Assembly: GCA_032718475.1 (NCBI GenBank)
Contig: JAUCBJ010006112.1
Span: 1-61,511, forward strand
DNA from: Nemertoderma westbladi
Lineage: Eukaryota; Animalia; Xenacoelomorpha
Reading direction: 5' to 3'
DNA length: 61,511 nucleotides
Position numbers and translations under genes: made by a program. The notes beneath the pieces are model-generated. The model searched no databases. It had not been told where the DNA came from and saw nothing but the letters and a program-made list of their open reading frames with translations. Numbering within the stretch: the first letter of the stretch is position 1; each line of letters begins with the position of its first letter. Below are positions 25,283-40,094 of the stretch, piece after piece.

Positions 25283-27886
25283 CTATATATCTGACGGGCT
25301 GTGGACCACTGACAGTACTGCTGGACTCCAACCTCACCAATTTAGTCTGTGTGATTATATATTATACACATCGCACAAACCCTTTGTATTTATTGGGAAT
25401 GCAAATATTATAAATCTTGTGCAAAATTTCTATGTTTCTTACTTAGGTTAGAATTACGACAGGATGTTAATTGAAACTAAATTTACATGTCAGAGTTAAT
25501 TAAGTGTTACATATTTCATTCCACTTTCTTCACTTATAAATTAAATTAAATTAAATCTTAGTCATTATTTCCAGCTTAAACGAAACATAAATTAATTGAC
25601 CTCCAAACAATTTCGCTTTGGCACATATTCGCACTACCCGGACAACCCTAACAGGCTGTTTGACTATAAATATCCAATCTTCTAAATATACGTCATTTAA
25701 ATGTGAAATATACAATTATTTAACAGGTAATTGTTTAAATATATAATACATATTATAATATATTATTAACATATATATATATTATGATGTACAAAAACTA
25801 TCGCATAGGCCTAATAACCTAATGCAGATCAGGTACTGTACATCCAGTACCCAAGTGTCAACTGTAACTATATCCGAAAAGTGTTGGTGATATGTTTAAA
25901 AAAAACTACACTATTTATTTTTACCATAACTACATTTTAGCAATAATTTAGTAACAGGTTTCTTATTGGGGGAAAACTAGGGATGGAAATTTTCCGAAAT
26001 GTTTCTTCAAGGAATTTTCCGAAATGTCCTGAAAAGTAAATTTTTCTTATATTTTTTAGCAATAACTGGAGCTACCACGATGAAAAGGAATCACTTGTTT
26101 TTCAGTCCAATAGGTTCTTGTGTTTTGATCACTGGCAAATAGATTTACATGTCAGCTTCCATTCTTCAAAAAATTGAAGTCAAACAAAAAATAGCAAATA
26201 ACTGAAATTTCCGGAAATACGGAAAACAGCAAACTTGGAGCAGGAAGTTTATGTTTATATCTCTATAAATTAGCACTAACACTATTTATCTCGAAACTAA
26301 ATTAAACATTTTGATATTTAAAGATACAACTTTCTACAAAAGGATTTTCATATATTTGGCCAACTTTGAATTTTATGGCAGAAAGAGCACCTAAAACACT
26401 AAAATAACACTTTCTGCAACTTAGGCTAGGAATCAAAAACACCTCTTGTGTGACTTTTAGAGTAACTAAATAAGACTGGAAAATATCGAAAATTGAGACA
26501 TTTGAATATTTAATCCGACACATTTCTAAAATATACCTACGTTTATGAGATTATTGCTGTAGAGCTGTAGATAGAAAATTAGTAAAAAATTTATATTTTA
26601 GAAAAAACCAGTTTTTGTCCCTCTATCAATAATTGTTGATGAAGTTTTCCCCTGAAGCCTATAATTTTTGACGCAAATATAACGTTTTGCAAATTATGGC
26701 ATTCATATTAATTTTTTGTTATAGATAATATCATTTCAATACAATCACTGGCCTGTGAGAACCAAAACATTGTGTAAATTGTTATTGTACCTTTACAGAT
26801 TATTTCACAGAAGATAAAGATACACTTTATTTTACACTGTGATTATAATTAATGAAGAACTTAGGTGGAAGAACATAGCAGTACAATAGATCGTCGGTAG
26901 ATAATTCGGTAAATTACCATCGAATTTCTGGGTTGTCAATCTATTTTAAAAATAGGCTCGGCTACATATCAACATGGCGGGGATGTTTGACGTACCGATG
27001 AATGACATTGATTCATTACTGGGATCGAATTGATGAGATGTCAGAAATAGGGCATAATTTTACGACTTCAAGGAAAAACCTTGAACTGGAGGACAAACAC
27101 TGGACACCATTCCATTAATTTTACCATATAACATAACGCGAAAAAGAATGCGGACCGTAATTATTACAATGGTAAGAACAGTAGCGAGCGCTTCCTACAA
27201 AAGCACACAACACCAGGGAGAGAGAGGAGTTGACGCAGTCACTCGATACGATGGAAAACTCAATTATAGCTTGAGGATCAGAAATGGCTTATTACCACTA
27301 CCAGAGAGGTAATGTAAGTCCGCCCGAGCCAAATGCGTCAGTTAATGCGAATTGGCCGACCTTCAACTGCAAAAGCCGCGGGGAAAACTACCTACGATTC
27401 GTTGAATCAAGAGTAGGCAAGCCAGCGATGCGTGTATTATACAACTCACTGGAGTTGCGTTTAGCATTGGTTTCAAACCCATCCATCGAGTAGAGAAGGC
27501 ACCTGTAGGATGGATTACTGTCTCCATATACTCAGGAAAGCCCACCTGATTGATTATTATTATCATTATTACAATTACCGGATATAAAAATAAATAAGAT
27601 TATATATGTAGGGAGACGTGGTGGGGGACAAAAGGGAACGAGAGCGGCTTTCTAATTACAATTAATACAGTTCTTCGTATTATAGAGAGCGATCGCAGAG
27701 TTTCAGATGCGTTGAAACCATATGAGGTACAATTCATTAAATGCCATTCAATATACCATTCGTTTAAGTGGAAATTACCACTTTACTGTGTGTTTACCGT
27801 GTACTGTGAGGTTAGTTAGACGAAAGAACGTAGTGAGTGAGTGCGCATAAAGATACGAGAATCAGCACATTGTAAAAGTAACCAGC

Positions 27887-28343
27887 AACAGATTTGTATG
27901 ACGTTAAAGTACTGATCAACAGATTTGTATGACGTTAAAGTACTGAGCAACAGATTTGTATGACGTTAAAGTACTGATCAACAGATTTGTATGACGTTAA
28001 AGTACTGATCAACAGATTTGTATGACGTTAAAGTACTGAGCAACAGATTTGTATGACGTTAAAGTACTGATCAACAGATTTGTATGACGTTAAAGTACTG
28101 AGCAACAGATTTGTATGACGTTAAAGTACTGATCAACAGATTTGTATGACGTTAAAGTACTGAGCAACAGATTTGTATGACGTTAAAGTACTGAGCAACA
28201 GATTTGTATGACGTTAAAGTACTGAGCAACAGATTTGTATGACGTTAAAGTACTGATCAACAGATTTGTATGACGTTAAAGTACTGATCAACAGATTTGT
28301 ATGACGTTAAAGTACTGAGCAACAGATTTGTATGACGTTAAAG
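27887..28343. repeat. 31-bp minisatellite, ~15 copies
   Basis: Unit aacagatttgtatgacgttaaagtactga(t/g)c. Confidence 0.97.
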
Positions 28344-28470
28344 TTCGGAGAAACAGATTTGAGGTTATCTTGCACAGTTGCAGTAACATTACAAAAGGAT
28401 AATTTTTCTCAAATTTAAGTAAGATAAATGCAGCACTATATATAATAAGGAGAAAGAAATCGTTTTGTGT

Positions 28471-29373
28471 CTTTTGATCATTGATTTCTATTAATCATCT
28501 TTTGATCATTGATTTCTATTAATCATCTTTTGATCATTGATTTCTATTAATCATCTTTTGATCATTGATTTCTATTAATCATCTTTTGATCATTGATTTC
28601 TATTAATCATCTTTTGATCATTGATTTCTATTAATCATCTTTTGATCATTGATTTCTATTAATCATCTTTTGATCATTGATTTCTATTAATCATCTTTTG
28701 ATCATTGATTTCTATTAATCATCTTTTGATCATTGATTTCTGTTAATCATCTTTTGATCATTGATTTCTATTAATCATCTTTTGATCATTGATTTCTATT
28801 AATCATCTTTTGATCATTGATTTCTATTAATCATCTTTTGATCATTGATTTCTATTAATCATCTTTTGATCATTGATTTCTATTAATCATATTTTGATCA
28901 TTGATTTCTATTAATCATATTTTGATCATTGATTTCTATTAATCATCTTTTGATCATTGATTTCTATTAATCATCTTTTGATCATTGATTTCTATTAATC
29001 ATCTTTTGATCATTGATTTCTATTAATCATCTTTTGATCATTGATTTCTATTAATCATCTTTTGATCATTGATTTCTATTAATCATCTTTTGATCATTGA
29101 TTTCTATTAATCATCTTTTGATCATTGATTTCTATTAATCATCTTTTGATCATTGATTTCTATTAATCATCTTTTGATCATTGATTTCTATTAATCATCT
29201 TTTGATCATTGATTTCTATTAATCATCTTTTGATCATTGATTTCTATTAATCATCTTTTGATCATTGATTTCTATTAATCATATTTTGATCATTGATTTC
29301 TATTAATCATCTTTTGATCATTGATTTCTATTAATCATCTTTTGATCATTGATTTCTATTAATCATCTTTTGA
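28471..29373. repeat. 28-bp AT-rich minisatellite, ~32 copies, enclosed by ~45-bp inverted repeats
   Basis: Unit cttttgatcattgatttctattaatcat. The flanks 28416-28460 and 29394-29438 are imperfect reverse complements. Confidence 0.97.
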
Positions 29374-32300
29374 TAATTGTGTTTTATTTATGTATTTCTA
29401 GATCCTTATCGTATATAGAGCTGCATTTATCCTACTTATTGTGACGATTATGGCGTACTTAAATGGAACATTTAGTCTATAAAACTCTACATTTTCTCTT
29501 CCTAATAAGTGGACTGCTGTTTCCCTAAACTTCAACCCCTTCTAGTATGAATAGTAACCGGGTTTGTTTGTTTGTTTCAACAACCGTGGAGCAATTTTAT
29601 GTTTGTGGTTCAGATTCATTGCAAAATCATTCAACATAGACTTCTCTACTGCGCTATTGAATTTCTAGCGGCAATGTGATGTTACAATGTGCCACATAGC
29701 ATCACGCTTGTAATACTAACGCCGTAAAATAAGATATTTAATTGATCTGGCGACTAGCGAATGGGAAAAATAAGTAAAATCTTTCTAGCACGGAAAGACC
29801 GTGTTCTTTATTTAACAAATAAGTAAAGAGCAGATTGTAAATGCCAACAAAAATTATGAAAAATAATATAGTTTTTCTCATATTGAACCCCATGTAGCCT
29901 ACAATGTCTTCTTGAATCTATCATGTGTCAAGGTACCTGAGAGGAAAAACCCTATCAGCGCGGAACTACTTCAGTAGATATCCTGTACTAGTGTATATGT
30001 AACTGGTACAAAACATCATAACTCCATAAACGATTAGGGAACGGGTAATAAACCTCGTTTACGATATTAGTATTTTGTGCTGTAACTGCGTGTGGTCGTA
30101 AAATGGTTAACGCCCATTACTACATGGAACAGTTGGAAGTTGTAAAAAATGAAAATATTTCAAGAACATTGTTCGTAAAAAGCGCCGACTCAAGGACGAC
30201 CTTTATTTTATGAGCTGTGGGAAATATAAGTAAGTATATTTAACTTCACATAAAAAAATAACCATATTAAAAACAAATATATATCACGTTTTAGCAAATA
30301 ATTTTACCAAAATTAAATCAAATCAAAAACAAAATCACTTCCCCCTACTTCATTTAGCACTCTCTCACCCCCCCCCCCCCCCCCCCCCCAAGCTAAATCA
30401 CACACCCGTACCGAGAGGAACGAGTTAATGGAGAAACCTTCCATACCCGCAAAAAATAAGCCGCTAAAATAAATTGGATTTGGAATTATTTCCGCGGTTG
30501 GGGTAACGGGGGGATAAAACGTATCCATTAATACCTCTAATACCATCTATGTCACGTAAGCGCTGCTGGTTGCCGCGATCGATAAATCAACGGACAATTA
30601 TTCCGATTAATGTGACACGCCGCATTAATCTTGTCGAAAAAAGGAAACGTTACCGCCAATAATTTCCACATCAATCAAACACGAATCGCGGCACCTCACG
30701 GCGGTAAAATCGGAATTAGAACACAATTGGTATGTTTATCCAGTCACACTTCGCACGTTTTCCTGGACTACCGTTGGTTTGGGCAGCAATGAAATTGTAA
30801 TGGAGACAGGAAGCCAATTCCACAGTGTCAATTTATTCTAACCAAAACAATAAACGAAATGCAACATAACACCCCCTCCCCCATCTGTTGTAATGTAAAC
30901 TATACTATCGAATACAACCTGACATTATAAAATAGGTTTTACCAGATGTCTGTTGATTTAACAGACATGAACTTATATTTATTCAATTTCAGATAAAAAA
31001 CAGTCATTCACCATAAAGTCGAACAGCGCAATAAAAAACCGTTGAACACAGTAAATATATCGGGTTGTAGTTTCTAAGTCAACATTTGTCACGATTGAGT
31101 TTTAGTTCTCTTTAATATTGGATCACAGGGCTCATCCATGTATGTACCATTACAATCCCAGAGTTACTTATGCAGGACGCATGAGATCATACGAGCGGTT
31201 TATATATCGTGCATTCGATCGTTTGGTTTCAAAAATATACACAAGAAGATTTAATTGCCAAACTATGACGATGACACACAGCTGGGTATCGGCGCGAGCA
31301 AATAATGAATATAATTAGACCGTCAGAGAAGACGAATCATGATTACCCATAAGTTCCTTAAATTCATGAATACCTAAATAACTAAACTTTTATCAGAGAA
31401 CGATAGCATTCGAGAATGGGGCATTGTATGCGGGAGGAATTAGTATGCAAGGAGCAACAGCGTTCGTCAGGCGATCCATAATTACCCACCGGAAGGAAAC
31501 AGAAGATAGAAAAATAAGATATTCATTTGGAATATAATTCAAGAGGCCTCGATTAATGCAGCTGCTATACCTATAAAACCTTTAAACTAATTTACAGTGA
31601 AGGCATAAAAAAGGAACTGACGTAATTTCATTTGGGACGATTCAGGGAGAAAGAATATTTCAGTTCATTTCAGTATTCATTTTAATAATAATATTATAAG
31701 AAAGAGAGAGAAGTATATTTCTTACTGAAGAGTGGGGCTAGCGTGCCATTGCGTCATAGTCTCATGCAATTAATATTAAAATGATAGATAGGGGGCGCGG
31801 GGAGGGGGGGGGGGGGGGGGGGGCTTCGTTTTGAATTTATTTTGCAGATATTATTTTGCAGTTATTATTTTTTCAAGCATTAATAATCGGAATGTGCGAT
31901 AATGGAATGGCGAGTGAAAAGGATATGCCTCTTCGCAAATGTAATCAACAATACAATATTACGAGGCTAAGAAATTAACAATTCAAATCAAAACTCAAAT
32001 TACAATAGAAAATCTTCCGATATATTTAGGCTGAATTACTAAATAACATATCACTCTCATCTGCATAAAATTATCCGGGGATTTATATCTTCAAAGAAAA
32101 ACAAGTAAACACAGGGGGGACATGGAGAAATGGAGGTAAATTACTAATTACTTAGGAAATTCAATGCCTATATCGCATTGCACTATATACATTCACTTCA
32201 ACAATAGTAGCGAAGTAAAGCTACACGAGCTACATGTCATATTCTACAACCAATTAATATAGATATACATGGAGAACTACAGTTACTAGTTACTGCCCTT

Positions 32301-33255
32301 TGCCCAGCTCCTAGTTCAATGAAGTTGTTCCACTGCCACTCTATGCCCTGCCCTGACTGACCTAGTTTATTAACGGATCAAAGCGATTCGTTTCATAATT
32401 AATTACTTGGTAATTATAGATGGTAAATGGGATGGCCAAAGAATATTAACTACTTTAGGTAAGTAGGCATAATGGAAACCTAAGGACCATAGCATCTAGA
32501 ATGGAAACCGTGACAGTAACAAACCGTGACCGTTTCAACGCTGAACCAATTTCCAACAGGTACCGAACATCGAGAACGTAAAAGTCAATAGTAGAGTTAT
32601 CTTCTGAGACCCTAAGAGGACATGAAATCCTCGGTTTTTATATTTATTAGTGTTGTACATGTCCGCTAACTCAATATTATTGAGATAGAGGACATGTCCG
32701 CTAACTCAATATTATTGAGAAAGACTAAAAAAAGGATTTCATGTCATCTTAGGGGCTCCATAGTTATTTGTTACTATCAAATGTTTCTTTACTTTGCCAG
32801 TAGAAGCCTGGTTGTCATAAAGCTAGGGGGCGCATCAGTTACGATATTGAAACTGTCTCTGACACATACCTTTTATTTAACTCCGCTACAATCATTATTG
32901 TCTCGTATTACGACAGAAATGACTGAATTTATCAAGTACTGTATGTTTAGGCAATTTCTAAACTGGTGGCAAAAACACATAATTTTGTGGAATTTCATAA
33001 GAGTATCCCTATTAAAGAGTATCTATCATCACTTAGGTTTTTAATGATAGTCTTTTAATGAATTGGGCCAGTCAGAGAATGCCAAATAAACAAAACTCCA
33101 ACTATACCAACCAATCTACACAAATCTCAACCGAAACTAAAGTTAATTTATTACGACTACACTGCACTGAGTCCAGAAACGACTATGACAATAAAATTCA
33201 AGGTTGAAAGAAATGAAACAGTTGGGTAATGGTAATGCTCCCCTCTCCCTCTTTA

Positions 33256-33519
<264 letters not shown>

Positions 33520-33825
33520 TCAGCCCGTAATGTTATCATACTAAGAGTTAATAATAAAGAAATTCAATGTAATATAACTTCAGCCTTTGTCTCCCCTTTG
33601 TTAATCGTGTAAACGTGCATGATTGCTCAAGTGCTACCTTGAATTGCCTTATTAATATAATATTTTATAATTCAAGCCAATGACAGAATCAACGATATGA
33701 CATAAGTAAGTTGAAAAGTACATAGCGTATCTCATGTATAATATCCATACCAAATTATGTACAAAGAGGTAAACATCATAATATCAAGCATGAAAACAAT
33801 CGACCGAAACCGGAGGCGAGCCGAA

Positions 33826-34552
33826 GGTAGGGGTGGGCGCTAATCCTATCTGCTACCCGAGGGTAGGGGTGGGCGCTACTCCTATCTGCTACCCGAGGGT
33901 AGGGGTGGGCGCTACTCCTATCTGCTACCCGAGGGTAGGGGAGGGCGCTACTCCTATCTGCTAACCGAGGGTAGGGGTGAGCGCTACTTCTATCTGCTAC
34001 CCGAGGGTAGGGGTGGGCCCTACTCCATCTGCTACCCGAGGGTAGGGGTGGGCGCTAATCCTATCTGCTACCCGAGGGTAGGGGTGGGCGCTACTCCTAT
34101 CTGCTACCCGAGGGTTGGGGTGGGCGCTACTCCTATCTGCTACCCGAGGGTAGGGGTGGGCGCTACTCCTATCTGCTACCCGAGGGTAGGGGTGGGCGCT
34201 ACTCCTATCTGCTACCCGCGGGGTGGGCGCTACTCCTATCTGCTACCCGAGGGTTTGGGTGGGCGCTACTCCTATCTGCTACCCGAGGGTAGGGGTGGGC
34301 GCTAATCCTATCTGCTACCCGAGGGTAGGGGTGGGCGCTACTCCTATCTGCTACCGGAGGGTTGGGGTGGGCGCTACTCCTATCTGCTACCCGAGGGTAG
34401 TGGTGGGCGCTACTCCTATCTGCTACCCGAGGGTTGGGGTGGGCGCTACTCCTATCTGCTACCCGAGGGTAGGGGTGGGCGCTAATCCTATCTGCTACCC
34501 GAGGGTAGGGGTGGGCGCTAATCCTATCTGCTACCCGAGGGTAGGGGTGGGC
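33826..34552. repeat. 36-bp minisatellite, ~20 copies, probably internal to a non-autonomous transposon
   Basis: Unit gggtaggggtgggcgctactcctatctgctacccga. It begins right after ggcgagccgaag, which resembles the terminal motif of the DINE-like family. Confidence 0.93.
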
Positions 34553-35026
34553 GATTCTTAGAAAACATAGAAGAGCTGAAAATTATATTCCCAGATTTCA
34601 TAACTTTTCATAACCTTTATCGGCAAATGTTTTGGTAATATTTATATTTTCACCAGTTTAATACTTTTCGGTGGGTGACCCTATTATTCCAAGGCGTGAA
34701 AAAAGTGAAGATTTCTACAATTGGATACTTTATCTCAATTCACTGTCCTATAAGGTTTTTTGGGGTGCTGATTGCATTGCACCTTATTACATGTTTATCT
34801 ATACATATATATCTGTGTTGGGATAATTTTTGGCTCCAAACATGTTGTACGAAAAGTGCAAGTAGCCGAAAAATTTAAATTTATTTACAATAAATGATTG
34901 CAATTTTTACCTAAATTTAGTTTATATTGGGTTTTCTGCCGGCACTGAATATGATAAAACATGTCATGGGGTCACTCATGCAAAGGGTTACTTTTCGGCC
35001 CCACTTAATAGCGGAAAAAGTATTAT

Positions 35027-35805
35027 GGGGAGTCCTCCAATGAGACACACTTGCACCATTCTTGTTCATAAATGTGGTTGACTATGTTCTACGCATGTCC
35101 TTAGATCATCATAATGATGATGGGGTTATGGTTCTACCTACTGGCTCCAGAAGTCGAGGAAATCCTGCCAAGTACCTAACTGATCTTGAGTTTGCTGATG
35201 ACTTAGGAGTACTCTCAGAATCATTAGAGGGAGCCCAACGGCTCCTCAGCTCATTAGAACATGCTGCTTCTAGTGTTGGTCTTTTATTGACTCCAAAAAG
35301 ACCAAACTTTTGACAAGTAACTTTGAAAGTCCTCAGCAAGTCTCTGACCGCATGAGCCTAAGCTCAAAGGATGGTGCTTCAGCATGTGGACGACTTCTGT
35401 TACCTGGGATCATGGATCCGGAAGTCAGGTGAATAGTCTTTCCAGGATTTGAAAGTCACAGAGAATTAATCGGAAACTTAAGGTCCGATTATTTAGAGCA
35501 GCAGTAGTTCCAGTACTCCTCTATGTAAGTCCATACTGGGCTCTAACTGCTGAGGACACCAAATCTCTGGATGGCACATTCACAAGAATGCTACCCCGGG
35601 TTCATTGAGTCAAGTACAATGCACACATCTCCAACCAGACACTATATAACATTGGATAACATTATTAAAGACACGGATGATCTAGCAAATGTCATGGGTG
35701 ATAGGGAGTTGTGGCGGCGCAATTTTGTCGCCAAGCCGGCACAGCATTCTAAAAATGCAGCTGCAATGCAGCATACCGATCCTAGTAGTAGTAGTAGTAG
35801 TAGTA
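35027..35805 (+). mobile_element. Degraded RTE LINE fragment with (TAG)n tail
   Basis: VVDYVLRMSLD...YLTDLEFADDLGVLS with frameshifts. Ends tagtagtagtagtagtagtag. Same family as 40095-41264. Confidence 0.9.
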
Positions 35806-37667
35806 ATAGCAGAAAAAAACAACTTATAATTTTCCCGGTAGGAGACCTTACCAAAATTTAAACCCCTGGAAAATGTAACCATCGAATTAAGACCGGAAAA
35901 CCTAGTAGATGACATTTTTATCGAACAATTTTGATATTTTGTATTTTTCGAAAAATGTGACTAAATTCTTGTCTTTTCGTGCACTAGTGCAACACTGGAA
36001 AAAGTTAGATGAAATAAAGGGCACCAATGAGCTCAGCGTATGCGAAGTATGTACAGGGTTAAGCTCCACAGCACAATTCACCCTTTAAAAATAAAAGTTA
36101 ACAGAAACTACATCGCGCCATATTGAACTGCACTATACATAGCCGCTATCGATTGGACGAGTGATACAGCTATTGTTCCTGCAGCGATCTGACAGCTAAT
36201 CGATTCGGGCTGGCTAACAAGCATTCACTGGGGGAAATATCTACATCGATAATTTGATCTCGATGTTACAAAATGATTATATGGAGGCGTGAAGGAAGCA
36301 AACTGGCACCAAGGCAATTCCAATTGGTGCGAATGACACTCGAGTGTCTTGATGAAAGTTCGACTGTACAATAATAATTCAGTGAAACACACACTGAGAA
36401 TTTGAACGACATGAGCCTCAGGCAAGAGTACCAAATTTCCACCATTAAGCTACTAACAGTAGCCTGCCATAGGTAACTGCAATTATACACAAAGAATTTG
36501 GAGTTGAGCTGTTAATCTAATGCAACTGTAATTAACGATGAAATATAATGGGTTTGTTCAGAAATTGAAAAAATTACGAAGCACGTCACCGGGGGTTGAA
36601 CCAGCGCTACGTACGTTTCGGGCTACCAGACCACATCAGTAGCCCCCGACTTGCCCCTGACCCTTGCTCTCCCATCTAATACACTTCGATTGAACAGGTA
36701 GTCTTAAGTTGCATATATCCTATCTCTAACAGCGGACCTACCGGCCTTGTAATGGATTTCTCGTGCTCCTTGGCACGATAAGCTCCTAAAACGGCTTTTA
36801 ATCTCAAACAGGTTCCAGGTAGTGCTCTACTTTCGCTTAGTGTTTTGGTTTTCCGGCTAACATAATATATTTCCACTAGAACACGGTCTTTCAATGACTT
36901 GTTATTTACGGACATCCACAACTTTCCAATATAGTACAAAAAAACACAGTGATTTTCTGTTCTTCCCAAATAGTACTGTATATTGCTTCCTTCTAACAAA
37001 TAAAATAACTTACTGTAATACTGTAGAAAAACCTCTGGGATGAGGAAAAAGATAGAAACCGGGTGAGGGGTGCTTTGGGTCCGTTAGGATCCAAAGTATA
37101 GCCTCTAATAATCCAAAAAGCAGAGAAAAAATATACCGTATTTTTAGTTTTATTTTTTGTTTTGCTAAAAATACGCCGGAAAAAATATACCGTATTTTTA
37201 GTTTTATTTTTTGTTTTGCTAAAAATACACCGGAAAAAATATACAAATAAAGGGAAAAGAAAATCTGATAATGAATAAAATCTCAGAACTATAAGTCATG
37301 AAAAAAGTCACAGATAAAGTCTATGGATAAACGTCTTAATAAATTGTGAAAGTCGTGAGAAACGTCGTAATAAACTTGGTGCAGCTTCACGCTATTGGAA
37401 CTTGGCGATAGTGCAGAACACCAGATTACCGTCTGAGTCCAAACAGGGGGGGGGGGGGGGGGGGACCGATTGGACTTAAAAGGTTAGCTGCAATTTGCTC
37501 TCAGACTATATAGTTTATTCTGGCGAACCTGGAATAAACATATAGCCTGCGGACAGTGCACCAGCACTACCGTGAGTGACAGAGCCGAGTCAATGGATAC
37601 GCTGCTTATTTTGCCCGACGGGCAAAAGTAAGCACACAAACGTTCCGGGCCAGCCTAGCCAGTAAAC

Positions 37668-37910
37668 TGAAACCAATGGCGGACACGTTTTACGTTCCTG
37701 GCAATCGCACAGCCTTTCGCAGGCCCGACCCAGCAACAAAGACGGCCCCACCTTGGAGCAGAGCTGACTTCTAGGCTAAACAGTTTAGCCAGTAAACGCA
37801 AACCTAGGCTGAATCGTCTTACGTTCCTGGCAATCGCAAAGCCTTTCGCAGGCCCGACCCAGCAACAAAGACGCCCAACTTTGGAGCAGAGCTGACTTCT
37901 AGGCTAAACT
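37668..37910. repeat. ~129-bp tandem duplication in a GC-richer segment
   Basis: ttacgttcctggcaatcgca.agcctttcgcaggcccgacccagcaacaaagacg...ttggagcagagctgacttctaggctaaac occurs twice. Confidence 0.85.
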
Positions 37911-39085
37911 TTTGCTGTACTGAGGAGCAGAGCTCACTTCAGGCAGCTGGGGTTGAAGACTCTTGTTTTTTGTCCCGATGCGGCCCTATTTATAACCCGA
38001 TGTGGGGTCAATATGGAGTTGACCCCTAATTATCACCTGCGCACAGTTGGACTTTCTGAGCAGAGACTTTACGTTCAAACCATGTTAAAATATGATTACT
38101 CATTATAATAGACTAATTAATAATTGGTGCCTGGATGGAGTTTTGAGGTGACTAGTCAATCACTCCCTACTGCTATTGGGTGGTGGCAGTAGGCTGTGCA
38201 CTGGGGGGCCGGTGTAAGGGAAGGCCTGGATAGTGCATTGGATGGAGTGTATTGGTCGGACAAGGCAAGGCTTGACACGCCCGCCACGACTTAGGATGTC
38301 TGGGTTGGGACAATGAGTCATAATATGGGATATTGGATAATATTCTGAGAATAATATTTTGGTAAATATTTCCGGGATGAATATTACGGCGAATATTTCT
38401 GAGATGAATATTACGACTGGATAAGAAAGGGGGAATAATTATGTTGTAATTATTTCGTTTTTAAAAACAGAGTCCAGAGGAAGTGTATTTTGTATGTTTG
38501 CCTACTGGGGCGCGAAAAATCGATTACAGGCCTCAAGTATGTTAGAGTGAAACAGGAGGGAATTATAAATAAATACATATTCAGCTCGAGTATTAATAAT
38601 AGTATGCTGTCATGTGATATTGATATAATGATTATAATGCAACGTGCATATAGAGCTGGTTCAACCCCCAGTGACGTGCTTCCTCATTATTTCCATTTCT
38701 GAACAAAACCATTATATTACGTATTATAAATAAATGTATAAAATAAAATAAAAATAATATCTAGTTGACCTCAGGACTAGCTCCATAAAATACTAAGCGT
38801 AGTAATAATATCCTGAGTATCGTTATGGCCCGGATATGTCGGAGGTTATCTAAGCGGGTTAGGATAATTAGTTTACGTTTAACTTGAAACGCAGACATTT
38901 TTAGAATAATGACGTTCCTACAGTTCATTAATTGCCGAAATATACTGGATACCGGAATTCAACTCATCCGCACAACCAGGACAACAGTCAGAGAGCAACG
39001 ATTCGAAACCGGAAAAGATTGACGGAACTGGAAAAATTTGTTAGCTACAGCGAATTATTTCAGAGCAAATTAAAGAGTAACTAAC

Positions 39086-39265
39086 CACGTCCAGCTCAGG
39101 ATCCAACCCCCACGCATGCAGACAACTGATCAACAATTGGGCGATGTCCATCACCAGGTTGGAATCCATTAGGGTCAGCGTCTTCTGGTGACGGCTGGTC
39201 TCCTCTAGTTGTTCTACTGGGTTGCTATCGTTGTCTTCATCGCTGTCCGACAAATTTTCTAAAAC
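39086..39265 (-). CDS. WDR7: WDR7 exon
   Basis: ttgtttag|VLENLSDSDED...KTLTLMDSNLVMDIAQLLISCLHAWGLDPELDV|gttagt. 180 nt, phase 0/0; the SCLHAWGL motif is diagnostic. Confidence 0.92.
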
Positions 39266-39612
39266 CTAAACAACAAGCGGATAGTTAATTTATTAATTAT
39301 CCAAATATATTAATAATAAATTAATTGTTGTGGAGTGGAGTAACGGTTAATTACATAATGTAATGGAACAGGTACCAAATTCGAGTCCCAATAGGGTCGG
39401 TTGATATTATTCGCTATTATGTTGTCTTAGGCACACATACACACACACACACCCGGCATATTATAACCTGGTGAAGTTTATAACCTAGGTACCGGGTCCG
39501 AGCCTCAAGTTGATTTTTCGCTATGGAGAGCATTATCATACTGTTTCATTACATTGTAAAGTTAATGTATTAATTGTACACGTGACACGGTAAAGTGCGT
39601 CCACTTGCATAT

Positions 39613-39770
39613 TATCTTACCTGTTGTTTTGCCTGCTCGAAATGTTTGTGTAGAAATACGAACTTTCATTCTCTTACCTGTTGTTTTGCCTGCTCGAAAT
39701 GTTTGTGTAGAAATACGAACTTTCATTCTCTTACCTGCTGTTTCACCTGCTCGATATGTTTGTGTACGAA
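39613..39770 (-). repeat. 57-bp triplication of a WDR7 exon end plus donor
   Basis: CAG|GTAAGA donors at 39734, 39677 and 39620, each preceded by a copy of ...CACAAACAT.TCGAGCAGG..AAACA.CAG. Confidence 0.92.
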
Positions 39771-40018
39771 GGCGAACGCCCGCTCCCGTATCTTCGGCGA
39801 TGCCGTAGTAACACGCTTTAGTTGCTCCGTCCGCGAATGCTCTGCGGGGGAACTGGAATCCCGAGACATAGAAGCCCGGAGACGTTCGTCGCTTAGCAAC
39901 TGGACGATGAGGGCCTCGGTGTCGAAGAGAAGAAGATGAATGTCTGAATCCTTGGGGTTGGCGCTGACAGGCTGTATGGAGAGAGCCATGGAGGAAGGTT
40001 GGGGTTGGTGGACGGAAT
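39735..40018 (-). CDS. WDR7: WDR7 exon
   Basis: tatctctag|..SVHQPQPSSMALSIQPVSANPKDSDIHLLLFDTEALIVQLLSDE...HIEQVKQQ|gtaaga. 284 nt, phase 1/0. Confidence 0.92.
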
Positions 40019-40094
40019 CTAGAGATACAAGAATGTATGCAAAGCTATACAATATAATTATATTAAATCAGGAATACCAATAATAGACTGCTAC

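Noticed and set aside
27284-27566. Minus-strand cag|VGFPEYMETVIHP resembling an alternative PDE terminal exon, and a plus-strand 69-aa ORF
   Set aside because: Wrong strand for the PDE, similarity limited to VGF, no recognisable family and no WDR7 motif.
33826-34552. 36-bp array as another splice-junction-derived repeat
   Set aside because: It lies ~350 bp from the exon with no similarity to it; it starts at a transposon-like terminal motif instead.
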